Of a stretch of 64,000 nucleotides of DNA, positions 24,031 through 37,060 are shown in pieces. Source of the stretch: Fimbriosthenelais zetlandica (taxonomy: Eukaryota); the NCBI GenBank assembly GCA_977030845.1, contig OZ365116.1:16120001-16184000 (forward strand). Direction: 5' to 3'. How positions within the stretch are numbered: the first letter of the stretch is position 1; each line of letters starts with the position of its first letter. The notes beneath the pieces were generated by a model that ran no database searches, was not told where the DNA came from, and saw nothing but the letters and a program-made list of their open reading frames with translations. The translations under genes and the position numbers were made by a program.

Positions 24031-27000
24031 TTCTATACATCCACCTTGACCTTTTATTCTATTGTCTCACGGTAGGAGCACCACTGAGAGACAATGCTGC
24101 CTCACTCTCACCTTCCTACCACACAGTTACCATGCAACCCCAAGCCAATGACGTCCTCCACCAGCTGTCCTCACCATAAAATGCTGTCAATAATATGCAT
24201 TATTGTGTCAACTTAATTACCGAGCTTTGACAGCTGGCTTCCAGTTACCCTTCATAATTATAGTTATATTTAATATCTCTGCCGGTTTGTCATGTATGCA
24301 ATAATGAATGCAAAATAGATCCATTATTTTCTTCGCCTTATCAGAGAGTGATTCAGACGACAACATTAAATTGAGCAAGTGAAAAATCTCTAAAAATCAT
24401 GAATTAAGTCAGAGCGACGCCTACACAATTGATCAATTTCAAATAATCAATTTTAAACATTAATTAATACAAAAAATAGTTACAGAAACGACTTTCTTGT
24501 GTTTGGGCTAATGTTTCAACTTAGAAAAAATCGAATTGATTTATTCTGGTTTCCTGTGAAACTTGAGAATTATGGCACTTTTACAAAATGACTCCGGAAA
24601 CAGAAAGGTGCGTGAAATATTGTTGAACCGCCTCTTACACCGTCCCAGCCCCCTCCCCTCTCTCCAGACCGTCCCTCCTGCCACCAACCCTTTCCTCTTC
24701 CCATTTCAAAGCCTGAAGGCTGTGTCATAATGGAATTGTTTGGATTGTCTCCAAAATCAAATCATTTAAGGGATTTAAAAGGGGCCATGAGCATGAACAA
24801 AAAATCCGTTTAAATATTGGTGTTCACTTGTTTTTTTGTTCGTGAAGCCATGTTAAGCCCACGATCTGGAAGAGAATTCCAGTCAAGAGCAGCCAATGTA
24901 GCTTCTTTACTGGCTTTAATTAACAAAAATCATTAGTAGGATAAGTCATTTACATCTGTCATTCCGGGAGGTCTTATTTTCTGATCTCAGCAGAAGAGGT
25001 ATGGCGTGCTCGTTGAATGAAATCCTTGTAGTAAAGATTATTGAACCTCCCAAAATAATCACAAATATTCATACAGTATTGTGAAGCCTCAAGACAATTG
25101 CTGTATTTAGTTTTGTATCTAGTACTTTTTCATTCTCAGGTGTCCTTTTTCTTTTTCTCTCAATTCGTTCACTCCCTCATTCCCTCCCCTGTCCATCCCT
25201 TTCCCAGTATATTTTCTTCTCCCTTTCCTATCTTAACCTCTCCCTCACTCCCCCTTTTCTCTCGGCCTCTCTTTCCTTCTCTTTTGTCATAATTTGATCA
25301 GCTCTTGAATCAGTCTACCCAGGAACCGGCTAATTTTCTTCCTCTTGTGCTCCTCCTTTCGCCAATCTCCACATCTTGCCGTCACTTTATTTCATTAAAG
25401 TTTTTTCACCAGATGTGACTCAGTGACTGTGATCCGTCCCTGATCCACAACGGCCTCAGGATGCCTGCTGCTTATCGCATAATTCACTTACAAATATCCC
25501 CCAACGTTTCTCCTTTTCAATCTCCCTCCACAATCTCCGACCATTTTAAGACGGTTTATTGATAAATAAAAAAGATCATGTTACAAGTCTTCAATAATAA
25601 TTATTTGGCTCTGAGATATTCCTAAAATGGTCATTGAATCTTTTCACTCAGTAAATGGCCATCAGTTATATTTTCAGAAAATACCTAGAGTTCCAAATCC
25701 CTGGCAAATATAGCAATATGTGGTGCAAATATCGAGTGACAGAAGAAAGATGTTGATGGTAATAGGGTTTTATGAGTTGTTTTATGATGGAGTGGCTATT
25801 TGGGTTAATGTTGATGAGTCGTGACAGTAGAGCGTTACGTGTCCACTTTATGTGCTCCTTGATGTCACTGCTTGTAATTCTATGACACGCTGTCAATATA
25901 AAGGTGACGAACAGTCAAGTTATAGACGGTGACAAGCTCTTGTTAAAAGCCTAAACATGCTGGACATATAGGACCTACACACTGGACCATAACACAGTGG
26001 ATGCTTAAGAGATTTGTTTGAAATCTTTCTTTGATTCTAACCCTTCAGCCTCGTGTCTGGCCCCTAAAGGCATGAGAGAATCTTGTAGTTAACAAGCAGC
26101 AGTGAGATTTTATTTTCCTCTCGTTTATTCATTCTAATCATCGTAATATCAGCTGGCAGAGCGAAAAGCATCAAAAACCGAAAATTTACGCCTGGCAAAT
26201 ATGAGAAAATTGATCGATTCTGGGAGTTTGTAAAAATCAGCCAAAGGATGATGGGAAGAGAGAGGGTTGCTGGGAGTGTTTCTGATTGGCTGGTGGCTGT
26301 TTGGTTATCCGTGAATTATCTGACTGTGAGACGCAGATTCCAAACTCATACTGAGTGAAATTTGTGCATTGAATCAAAATCTGGATTCATTGAGATGTTT
26401 TTTTCTCAACTCGCGTCACAATTAGCATATCAATGCAAAATGGATCATTCCATTCATCCAAATTCTGAGAGCTTCGACCCGTGCAGATGTAGAGACGATC
26501 CCTGACCAACTTGAAAATAATTCTACATTTCTGCTGACATTAGAATGGCGTGGGAGACTGATATGGTTACGGCATCAGCTTGTTCAGAGTTTTCTTATTT
26601 CCTTATCATTATATAGAACGTTGGTAGTTCCAAAGAAGGAGATCTGTCCAAGAATGGTGACTTTGTTGGGGAGGTGGACTAGTATAATTCAGGTCTGTTG
26701 GAGGTGCCAGTCAAGAGGTATAACAAAATGGTCTGGTTTCAGTGAAAGTGGCAATCAATAATCTATTCACTTAAACTGGGATTCTACAGTGTTAACTTGA
26801 GTTTGGACGCACCAAATTAGACACCCAACATTTGCCACCTCTCCATGTGCACCCTTTATAACCCAATGTCCTGAGTCACAAGCCACTTCCTCTCCTGTCA
26901 GGATGTGCTTGGTGCATGGCAGCACATCACCATCATTCTTATTCTGGGGGTTCTTTCTTTTATGTTGAAATTGGGGGTTTTCTGTTTTCCTTTCCTCTTC

Positions 27001-29101
27001 CTTGCTCGCTACTCCCCCTCCCCTGCAACCCCAACCCCCACCCCTTTAAGCAGTATACCTGTTAAAATGTGCCCTACACCTGTGAGCGATAACACAGAAC
27101 ATATTATGGGATGTTTGGTTAGACAAATGTCTGCCAGGTGTCAGTACTCATCAGGAGGGCAGGCAATCGTGCAATTGCGGAATTCCCCGGTCTGTGTGTG
27201 AGGTGGGAAGGGGAGGTATCATGGGAGTGGGTGGAGTGTGGATCTGTTTGTGTGAATTCCCTGCTCTCAGATGGAGTGTTGGATGTGAGGGTGGCTCTCT
27301 GACTCTAAACGGTCATCTCCACATTCCAGATGTTTATCTCACAGATTTCTATCCCGATTTTTATCAAAGGGGGAAGAACTGCCGATCGCTAGCAAATCGG
27401 GTGCAAATCTGAACATATTTCATAAAAGCTTTGATCAGATTAAATTTGGTTTTATCTCTTCTAAAAATTCGGTAGTGGCCAAATGCTAAAATATCAAATT
27501 CAAGAAGGAATCTTATATATTATCCCTGAACTATGCAGGTAAACATATGGCCGTGTAAATATTCAGATGAAAAAGGCAGACAAACACGTCATAAATGAAT
27601 TCTGATTGAAAATGCTGGCACTAAATGAGCATTAAAGGGTCACATGCATTCACCAGCTTATTGCCTGACCTCAGTTTCTGCCATTACACACCAGGTGGAG
27701 GGCAGGTCACGGCGGTGCACCACTAACGTCACACTCATTTCCTCTGCGGCTAATCCAGCGTAATAATATCTCTCTCAACGTCTGATGTGATAAGGCTATT
27801 ATGTTCATCTACCAATACAGCAGATGTACGTGGCACTCGGTGGAAAATAGTTCCCACACATTGGGAGGTGGGCGGGCGATGCGACGCGGGGGCATTAAGG
27901 ACAGAATTACTTTAGTTCGATCCTTATATTAATTTCCAGGAAAGGAATTGTGGTGGCATCCGTTTATATCAATGATTTCTTGTATTTTCACTCAGCCTCT
28001 CTCACTGCTTCTTGTTGCCATCTTTAGTACAGCTTATCGTTTTTAGGAGAGGTCAAATTTTACTTAATTTAATAATGAAATGCTGAGCTGGATCAACTTC
28101 GGTAATTTCCAGCGTCTATAAAGCCCCCTATGCTAATCTGCCACCTACAGGTGCTAGGCAGCACTATGCTCAGCTAGGCCAAGCCTACCCACAAACCAAA
28201 AGAGCACAACATCCATATAACCCAAAATCCACCCCAATTAACCCAACCTAACACTGCCTCAAACCACCTTACTTAACCCAAATACTGACAAACCTCGCTT
28301 CATCATAAAACACTAGAAAGAGATGCGAAGAGGCAATTTAGGAGAGAGAGAGCCTGGAGATGATAGAATAAGAGGCACTGGAGACATCTATTTAGAAAAA
28401 AAGTGTGACAGAAAAAGTCTACCAAGAAATGAATGAATTGCGGAACCGGAATTAATGAGATATGAATTCATTAACTATAGACTTAATGAATGAAACATGG
28501 AATAAATGAAGGGAATGAGGGCATAATGAATGTAATGTATGCGAGGCAATAATTGAATGGGAGAACACTGAAACGACAGAATGAGCCAGTTGAAAAGTCG
28601 AGAGAGAATAGTGTTAAGGGAGTGAGATAAAGGTGGAAGGGGAGCCATAGAAATGGACAGGAGATCTAGAGTGGACAGAGGTAGGGACATTATAGAGATC
28701 AGAGAAGAGGAAGGGGCAGCAATGAAAAGAGGACAGGGATAGGCGACAGGCTAGAGGTGAAAAGGAACATGGGTGAGGGAAAAAGATGGGAAAATGGTCA
28801 TAAATGGTGGAGACAGCATTGCAATGCTCGGGTATGCCCCCTCCCACCCTCCACCCTCCACCATCACCAAGCAGCACCAGCGTCCCACATTGAGTGAGTG
28901 AATGTAGTAGCCACATCCACCGCTGGGTGTCGCTAGTATGAGCTTGCCGCCTGGTGCCTGTAGCTGAGCCTTCTCTCAGGAGTAGAGTGGCTTCAGTGTA
29001 GGCCGCAGCAGCAGGCAGTCACCATCTCCCCCTTCCTTCACCCAGCCTACCTTTCTAACTACCATCACGCACCGTCTCACATTATCTCTCATTGTTTCTA
29101 G

Positions 29102-29524
29102 GAATGTAAGGCCCGGATCATGCCCGGAGAAGATTCTATATCAGCCTTGGATCCGCCACCATCTCCACCACAGGTTGTGTGATAGAGCGCAGATCGCGGA
29201 CCGGACCCCGCGTGCCGCGCACCCCACACCTCCTCCCAGGATATGTCTCCTGCGACTTCTCCTCCAGTTGATGATTGTGTCGCAGCATCAGCAGCAGACG
29301 CAGGCGGAGGAGGAGGAGGAGGCGGCGGAGGAGGAGGAGGAGGAGGGAGGGGTATCGCGGAGGAGGAGGTACCTGACCACCATCACCCCCCTGCCACCAC
29401 CACCCCACCGCCCAACTGATACCACCCCACCGGCAGGGGGAGGAGGCGGGAAGAGGAGGAGGCGCAGGAGGAGGGAGGAAGGGGAGGAGGAGGAAGAGGG
29501 GAGGAAGGGAAGTAGGGTTCTACC
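29102..29524 (+). other. 5' UTR portion of the glutamate-receptor exon, containing three uORFs
   Basis: Acceptor tctctcattgtttctag| at 29101. uORFs: ATG-TAA (29104-29109), 20 aa (29120-29182), and 58 aa (29243-29419) with 15 consecutive Gly codons. Confidence 0.55.
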
Positions 29525-29624
29525 ATGTTTCGTTCACCGTGGATTCACCATCTTGCCATCTTTCTCTGGCTCGGATTTATAATCATCCAGTCTGTGCAAC
29601 CACTCCCAGAACTCATCAGAGTAG
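29525..29624 (+). CDS. First coding exon (signal peptide and start of amino-terminal domain) of a probable kainate-type ionotropic glutamate receptor (GRIK-like)
   Basis: accATG in strong context. Encodes MFRSPWIHHLAIFLWLGFIIIQSVQPLPELIRV(G) and ends in a phase-1 donor TAG|GTGAGT. A hydrophobic signal peptide followed by LPELIRVG matches protostome kainate-receptor N-termini as I recall them (Drosophila KaiR1D ...QSLPDIIKIGGLF). Vertebrate GRIK genes also have a phase-1 intron inside this Gly-Gly, from memory. Only 33 codons are available, so subfamily assignment is tentative. Confidence 0.68.
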
Positions 29625-32600
29625 GTGAGTACCAATAAATTAATAATCTACTTCTAAAACCTTTCATGGTAAATTATCCATCTATGGGTACAGGTAATTT
29701 TATCTCCTATATTATCCTTTCCTTGAAAAGAATTTTTACATCTCTAGGTTTTCTTGATCTAGCATTAAAAGCATCCTAGAAAGTGACTTCCAGTTTGATG
29801 CCAAACTTTTAATTTGCTCTTGTACATAAGTCTCGTGTTTTAAAAAACTTGGTGAGGTGCTTTGAGAGTTTCTCAGGATTTTCTGAGCTACATCTTTGGT
29901 TTCCAGGTCAAATACACAAGAGCAGGATGCATGTGAGTGAGGTATATATTTATGGTACTTACATGCCTCTGTTTTTGAGTGGCACCGGGTGTGAACATTC
30001 ATGTACATGTGCGTCTACTGATGATTTAATCTATCCATTCCATTGATGCCGATAATGCTTAATCGTTACACTACAAATATTTTATAAATTTCTATTATTC
30101 TATTATACTGATGCATATCAGAACATATAATAGAAAGGGGAGATAGGAACCACAGACTGTGGATCAGTACTGCAGGCTGTGGATCAGGAACTTAGCTTCT
30201 GGATCATGGCTACCAGAGATGAATGGTGCATCAATTCTACATTTACATGATGTATTATAGAATAATGAGCAAAAACTCCCCATCCATTACCTCCATCCAT
30301 CACTCAGTCTCTCCTATGTTAGAGTGATATATGTGACTCTCCTACTTCACTGATACCTATTTTCAGATATACACCTAGTATTTTACCAACCTTGCTCGTA
30401 TATTTTAGGTATCATCTTTGTTATTGATTCAACAATGAGTTATTTCAAACGCAATATGCCATGCTGGGCTTCAGAACCATATTGTTGTCCCCTGATGAGA
30501 ACCAATGAGTGTTTCAATGTACTGCTGTTCCCCAGAGCCTGGGCATGAGAATTAATGGTACAGTGTTGAGGACTGGTTTCTAAGTTTGTTTAATTGGCTA
30601 ACAGAGAATGACAGGTATGATTGTGTTTTATCATAATCGGATATTAAATAGGAGGAGACGGTCATTCCTGCCCAGTCCCTTGCCCCACCAATCACCTTGT
30701 TGCCCATCTATATGAAGAGGACCTGCTTACACCTCCTGATCTTCCCAGTTAAAGCCAAGCAACAACTAAAGCGTTACACCACTGCCCTCCTCTATCTCCT
30801 CTCCCACTTCCAGCTTCTATATCCTGATTTAGAAAATGGTAAAAGTGATGAATGGAGGGCTGGGGAGGCTGCTGATTGCTGAGTGGGGGAGGCCTGGGTT
30901 GGGCTGAGGGAGGTGGTCCCTCAGGATTTAAGGCTAGTGAGTGAGTTTTATTATCAGAGTTGACACGTTAGGTGCAGAGTGGGGGGCAGTGCTGTAGAGA
31001 AGAAAGGGAGAAGAGGGTAGTAGGGGACAGAAATACGAGACTGAGATTTAAGAAGAGGAGGAAGAATAGGAGGAGTAGAACGTGCAGAAACAAAGCAAGA
31101 GAGTCTATTCCTAGTTCTGTGTCTCTCATGCCAGGAAGACAGGGAAGGACGACAAGAATGAGATGTGAACTTTATAGCCTGGTCCTTGTTTCACAGATTG
31201 TTGAGATTATTCACCTCACGATGTTGCTATCTAAAGTATTCATGCCACTCTGGCGACCATCATGGCTTATTTCACACCTCCTGCCACCTGCTGTTCACGT
31301 GACACACTCGCTCCCCTGACCTTCTCACAAGTGTCCCTCAGTCGAGTCAGCATCCTAGATGCTCGAGCGCAAGATATCTTAAAGTCCATAGACAGTAGAT
31401 TTTTCTGAAATCTCAAGGAAAAAGGCTGTGGAAATGACTTGAACTGCTCGGTGGTTGAACCGTCAACCCTTTCGATGATGAAAACACTAACCCAGAGCTC
31501 TGAGCTAACTCCCTCCCAAGGGCATTGACGAGTCACTGACCTGACTTGCATATCTTAAAAAACTTGCTACAACTTGATTTATAAAGATAGAAACCATAAA
31601 ATACAAACGATAAATCGTCCCTGTTTCCTGGTTAATGACCCCCAACACTGTCCAGACAACTAACCATTGGTCACTCTACACTGACTCCCTAATATCGTCC
31701 ATTGGGAAAACTCCACAAATAGTTGGACTGCAACCATCCTCACATTGACCAATCATTGTGTTTCTCTGATTGTTTGTTGGTGGTCAGGCCTGAAGAATGA
31801 AGCTTATTCATCATTATTAGTTGTCTGCTGCTAGCGCCCCCTATAGACCCCCCAACAATGGCTATAGTTGTCTGTGGCCATCCATCAGGCCCATGTCCCC
31901 AGCTCCCCCACCAGGTGCCTCCACCACATCGCCTTCCTCTGACCTTGGCTGAGGAAGCAAGGACGGAAGGTGTCGCAAGGGAAGTTCACAGTGAGAAAGT
32001 TGATCAGTTCTATGGAGAAATTTGGTGTGTGACTGAGAGTGGGGATGAGGGGGAGAGAAGGTAAGGGTGTGAGGAGGAGGAGGAAGGAAGGAGTTTATTT
32101 TACACTTTGTATTGAGTGAGGTGAGAGTGGGGTGTGTGAAATGATGAACTGCTAAGCCTAATTGCCTCGAGTGGTGTCTCCTAGCTGTCGCAGAAAGCTG
32201 ACAGATAAGAATAAGAGGCGAGAAGTGCTCGAATGTACAAGCTACTGTTTGTTTTTTACGAAAATAGAACTTGTTTAACATACAATACCTTACAAGACAT
32301 CTTAGATATAAACATGTTTGTCTCCAAGTAACATTATCTTGGAGGCAAGTACATCAGTCAGAAAGAGAGCCACTCAGGTCAACCCCCTCCCTTATATCAT
32401 TGCAGACACCACACAGTAGGTACTAAATTTTGTTTTTTTGATGTTTCCAAATCGCCATCAAATCCTTAAAACTCAGGTGTGCCAGCATCTGTGTACGGCA
32501 AACTGACAAAGATCAAAGACACTGCTGGGAAAGCGAGATTTGTCATGAAAGGCGAGTGGACCGACTTCAAAGTCAAACTGTGAATCAATAGTCAACATGG

Positions 32601-32750
32601 ATTTACCATCTCAGGTCAAATTGGTGGAGTCTGAGGAGATGGCTTTAGAATGGACGGAGAGTTTAAAATAGAATGTGAAGGGCACAGGAAGATGGCTGCC
32701 AGCCTCTGCTGGGGGATGAGAGAAAAGGCAAATGTCAGGAGAGAGACGCT

Positions 32751-32948
32751 CGAGGCAGGGTGAGTTAGAGACGAGGCAGGGTGAGTTAGAGACGAGGCAG
32801 GGTGAGTTAGAGACGAGGCAGGGTGAGTTAGAAACAAGGCAGGGTGAGTTAGAGACGAGGCAAGGTGAGTTAGAGACGAGGCAGGGAGAGTTAGAGACGA
32901 GGCAGGGTGAGTTAGAAACAAGGCAGGGTGAGTTAGAGACGAAGCAAG
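32751..32948 (+). repeat. 21-bp minisatellite, 9 full units plus a partial unit
   Basis: Unit cgaggcagggtgagttagaga; translates as (RQGELET)9 in one plus-strand frame. Confidence 0.97.
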
Positions 32949-33363
32949 GTTTGAGGCTGTAAGAAGCAGTCAAATGGTTCGAGAGAAGCATGGAGAAAGA
33001 TTCAAGAAAAATTACATAAATAGTGAGGTTGGTTGGAGAGGAAAAGTCAGTGATACATAAAATGATTGGGTGTCTTTCCTCCTCCTGCTTGTCCTTCTCC
33101 TGCTCTGCCTGCTCCTGTACATCTGTACCTCTCCGTCTCAAGCCTCCACTGAATGCTGATTGCCTCACCAGCGGGCACTTTTATCTCCTTCTTTCTGTCC
33201 CAGGCGGGGCTTGTTACCGTAGCCACTGCTCGGGTTTGGTGAATACTGATGTCAGTTTTACCTTCAGTAATGGGAGGCAGCGGCATGAATTATAGAATGA
33301 TTGGGTGGACTGCTCAGTAGCTGAGACAAGTATTCACTGTCTTACAATACTCAGAGAGGCAAT

Positions 33364-33538
33364 CTGAGCAAATCAGAGAATTATACTGGGCAAATCAAAA
33401 GAAGAACTGATTCAATCACAAAAAAAACTCATTTAGTCACAGAAAATACTGAATGAATCACACCAAAGGATGAGTCAAATGCTGAGCAAATCCCAGAAAA
33501 TACTGATTGAATTAGAAAACGTTTTTGAGCCAGTCCAG
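33364..33538 (+). repeat. Degenerate 21-bp tandem repeat
   Basis: Consensus approximately ctgagcaaatcacagaaaata, about 7-8 decayed units; reads LGKSKEE LIQSQKK LI*SQKI LNESHQR ... LSKSQKI LIELENV. Confidence 0.7.
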
Positions 33539-36500
33539 CCTGGAATGAACTGCAACGCAGTGTAATATTTTACTCAACCTTGATGTACATAATAATTCTG
33601 CATCAGGTGTCATAGGGATGGCTTTAGGTTGCCTCATACTGTTAAGACCACAGTGGAAGCGATCTGTAGCCTTAAGCTGCAATACTACTTAAAGTATTGA
33701 TATTCTGGTTGTATGAGGTGTTAGGACACTTAGTCTAACTTGGCTGCCTTAAGTGGGAACCCTGCCCTTCTCACCATTAGCAGGTCGTGAGCCAGTGGAC
33801 CATAGGAAAGCCACTCTCTGAAGGCAGCATTTCTATGTGATGGGCATAATGGTGCATTGAATCGAGAGGAGGGAGTGTTACAAGACTAGGGACAGTTATA
33901 CAGGAGTAAATGTAGCTTTCATGTCATAAAATCTAAACATACAGTCCATAATTTATACAGAAAAGGTTTATTTTTAATACTATGTATAGCCTCTATATAT
34001 CTTCGCTGCATGGAGGATGGCTAGAGGAGTTGGGGGATGGATGGAGTGACCTTTATCAACCATCCTATTCTTGTCATGATTTTATCCTATTTTTATCTTG
34101 ATTTTATCCTGTGAAGGATTCCCTGCTTTAGTCCTGGATTTGTACGGCATCATTAGCACGAAAGTGGTGACCGAATTTATTGTGAAAACAATTGTATTGG
34201 CTTTATATTATAGGTATATTATAGTACAAATTGAAAGTTACAAGTGTTAATAACGGATTGTTATTACAATGGTTGTTATCAATTCACTAGGTCCATTAGC
34301 TGTAGTAATTGATTTTATGGAGCAATAACTACTCAGGTTTGTCACTTCACTTTTTATTGCAATTACGAACTCAGTTCAGAATGTTCATGACATGAGCAGC
34401 GCTATAAAAACTGCAGCAAGGCACACTTTGGGCAGCATCCCCGATCACAGCACAACCTAGCAACAAGCAGCTTTCATTTTACCATTCTATTTCATCTCTT
34501 TTTTCCCTTCTCCTCTACAATTCCTCCTCTCTCTCTCTCCCCTCCTCTCCCCCTGCGCCCACTTCCCATGTTCATGTTTCCCCTATGAAGCCTGCAGCCA
34601 TCATAATCTCGCTTAATCACGTGTATTCTCAGACCCACGTGACTGAGAGCAGCCAATCAGCTGCTCGGGTTAGGATCTCTCTCCTTCATGTCTTTTCTAT
34701 TCTCAGTCGCTGAGGTGGGCTAACTCACCCCATCGCCTCCCCACAGAATACTCACAATGCTTTTTTATCCTTCAATATACCTTATAATCGGATCCCCTTC
34801 CGGATAAAAAAGAATATTTAGAATAAAAACCACAATGATCGCAACAATCAAAATACCGCCGTCAGTACTCAGTCTTTCCTTCCTGCCACCAGGGCCAATC
34901 CTGGGTTAGATCTTCCATATCACTCTCACTCTCACAAAGAGAAGACCCAGAAAATTAGGCAGAGAACGCTTTTCAGATATGAATTGGCAAGACGCCAGTT
35001 TTCACAATGATAAAACCGTCATGCGGCCAATGGGCAACCGCAATCCCGGCATTTCATCCGCTAAATATCACCGGGTCACATAAATTACCCGACAATGATG
35101 AACTCTTTATTGCCATTATTTGTGGAGTTTCAGTGGCATGTAGCTTTTGATGTTTTTTTGTATTGTGTTATAAAAGACATGTTTTCAGACCTCAGTTCAG
35201 TTCAAGAGTCTGGACATGAGGGGATAGGAGGCGAGGCTTCATGTCACATGATCACGATAACGCCAGGATCATGTGACATCTCAAGCGCTGGAATAAAAGC
35301 AATTAAAATATTACACTCCTTTCCTTGAACCTTTAAATACATGTATAGACTGCCCCACCTGACTGTTAGTTGAATGGTTAGAGTGCTGTTTCCTGCTCTA
35401 CTGCTCTATACGTCTAGCAGTATTACCTGTAAATTCCTATTTACCTTGCTAGCCCCCCGTCGTTATCCTTCTACCTTCACGTTTACTTCCTCATCCCACC
35501 TTTTATGCCTGTGCATGGCTTAGGGGCCTGGCGGGGTCGTGTGCGTGACAAGTTGTTCAGGAGCAGGATGGCGTCATAATATGCCGGGGGAAGACTGTGT
35601 GCATGTTGGTGGGTGGAGGTGGGTGGGGGGGGGGGGGGGGAATATGGCCAGTAAATTCATGTCATGACTGCACATACACACCTGCAGGCTGGAGAAGAGA
35701 CATTTCTTTATTTTTCCTGTCAGAATTATTATATATTTTGGAGTACAATTCACCTAAAAGTCATATATGTAGACTGTCACTATGAGCAGGAATTTTATGT
35801 TGCCTTTTGTGCAACTGATACATTTTAAATATATAAACAGTGAGAATGGGTGAGTGAATGCTGTCCTGGGAGGATAGGGTTTAAAAATGGAGAAACTGAA
35901 AAGTAAAAACAACAACATGAACGCTAACCCAGACTTGATAACACTCCACTGACCCAAGTCTGAGATCCACTTGTGTGAGAGGAAGTGAGGCGTAGCAGGC
36001 ATGACTGAAAGACACCACTTTACTCTGGTATAAACATTATGTACTACCACAGTAAAAAATATTCCCCTTTGCCAGGCTGTAACAGGCTGGGGAGTTTATG
36101 GGAAGGAGGGACTGCTAGAGCGTCTTCTACTAAAAGCCATCAACCTTCGTCTCGTCATGTCTGGTGGTGTGCAGTGAGGGAGGAATGGAAGGGATAGGAA
36201 TGAAATACTGACACAAGAAACTGAAAAACAGAGAGGATGGCTTTGGAAATGGGCCAAGTTATTACGCTGTTTCAATAAGATTTCGCAGTCAATTTCTTAT
36301 TTTCATTTTACTTTAAAATGCCCTGATTTCCTTTACATTCCCTTTGAAAATATTAAATCTGACCAGAATCAGTAAGAAGTAACCACTTTAATAAAATGTA
36401 TCAATTGAGTCTCCCTAAAGATTTCTGCATGTAATTTAGGCCTTTGGTGATTGGCTTCGATATGCATGTGCTCTGTGGACACACAGCTGTCCCATTCCCA

Positions 36501-36925
36501 GAGTAAGCAGCAGAGATCCTACTGTTCCTTATTTGGCTTGTGTGTTAATACCTTCCATGGTTCACCATGGATACAGTAATTTGATATGATGTATATACAG
36601 TGTTTTGTTGCTCTTCCCTTCTCCCTCGACTCTGCAGAGTCTCTCCCATTTCTTCCCTTTTCCTCTCCCTCTCCAGTGTCATCTCTCCTCCCTTCTCTCT
36701 CCCCCACCTTTCTCTGCTCTCTCTCTCCCTCTCTTTCAATGTAGACAGTATAAGGGGTAACTGTGCACCTCAGTGTTGGTGATGCTGATTTTTCATCACG
36801 TCCGGGCCCCGCGTGTGGGTCTCGCATCACATGGCAAGATGAATCAATGTTATCAGGGGACATGCCGTGTGCGATACCCAATCACCACCACCAGGTGTCA
36901 GCCTTACATCTATCAGACAGCTTCC

Positions 36926-37060
36926 CTGATTGGCTGAGACCTGATCAGATCAAATGAGAGATCTCCTCCTATTGGCTGAAAGCTGTACTGATCAAATATA
37001 AGGCCTGCCCTGATTGGCTGAGAGGTGAGAGGATTTTGTAAGAGCCCCTCTGATTGGATG
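36926..37060 (-). promoter_or_regulatory. Array of four CCAAT boxes spaced 42, 42 and 40 bp
   Basis: ATTGG at 36929, 36971, 37013 and 37053, each in a ct(g)attgg(c/a)tga context (NF-Y extended consensus). Confidence 0.55.

Noticed and set aside
28190-28300. AACCC-rich, telomere-like tract
   Set aside because: No regular unit; low-complexity strand bias.
29136-29582. Poly-Glu, poly-Arg and poly-Leu ORFs in the supplied track
   Set aside because: Alternative readings of the GGA repeat in the receptor leader; not independent genes.
29736-30008. Minus-strand ORF faintly like LINE ORF1
   Set aside because: Similarity too weak to call without a profile search.
11400-32348. Isolated short hairpins (about 11400-11428, 12688-12711, 22019-22038, 32318-32348)
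   Set aside because: Stems of 8-11 bp are expected a few times in 64 kb; too short for pre-miRNAs and no match to conserved miRNAs I recall.
35376-35410. A-box-like TAGTTGAATGGTTAGAGTGC (second SINE head)
   Set aside because: No B-box downstream.
6955-35640. Long G or C homopolymer runs (about 6955-6975, 18198-18219, 35622-35640) with G4 potential
   Set aside because: G/C-rich low-complexity tracts are pervasive in this window; no specific signal.
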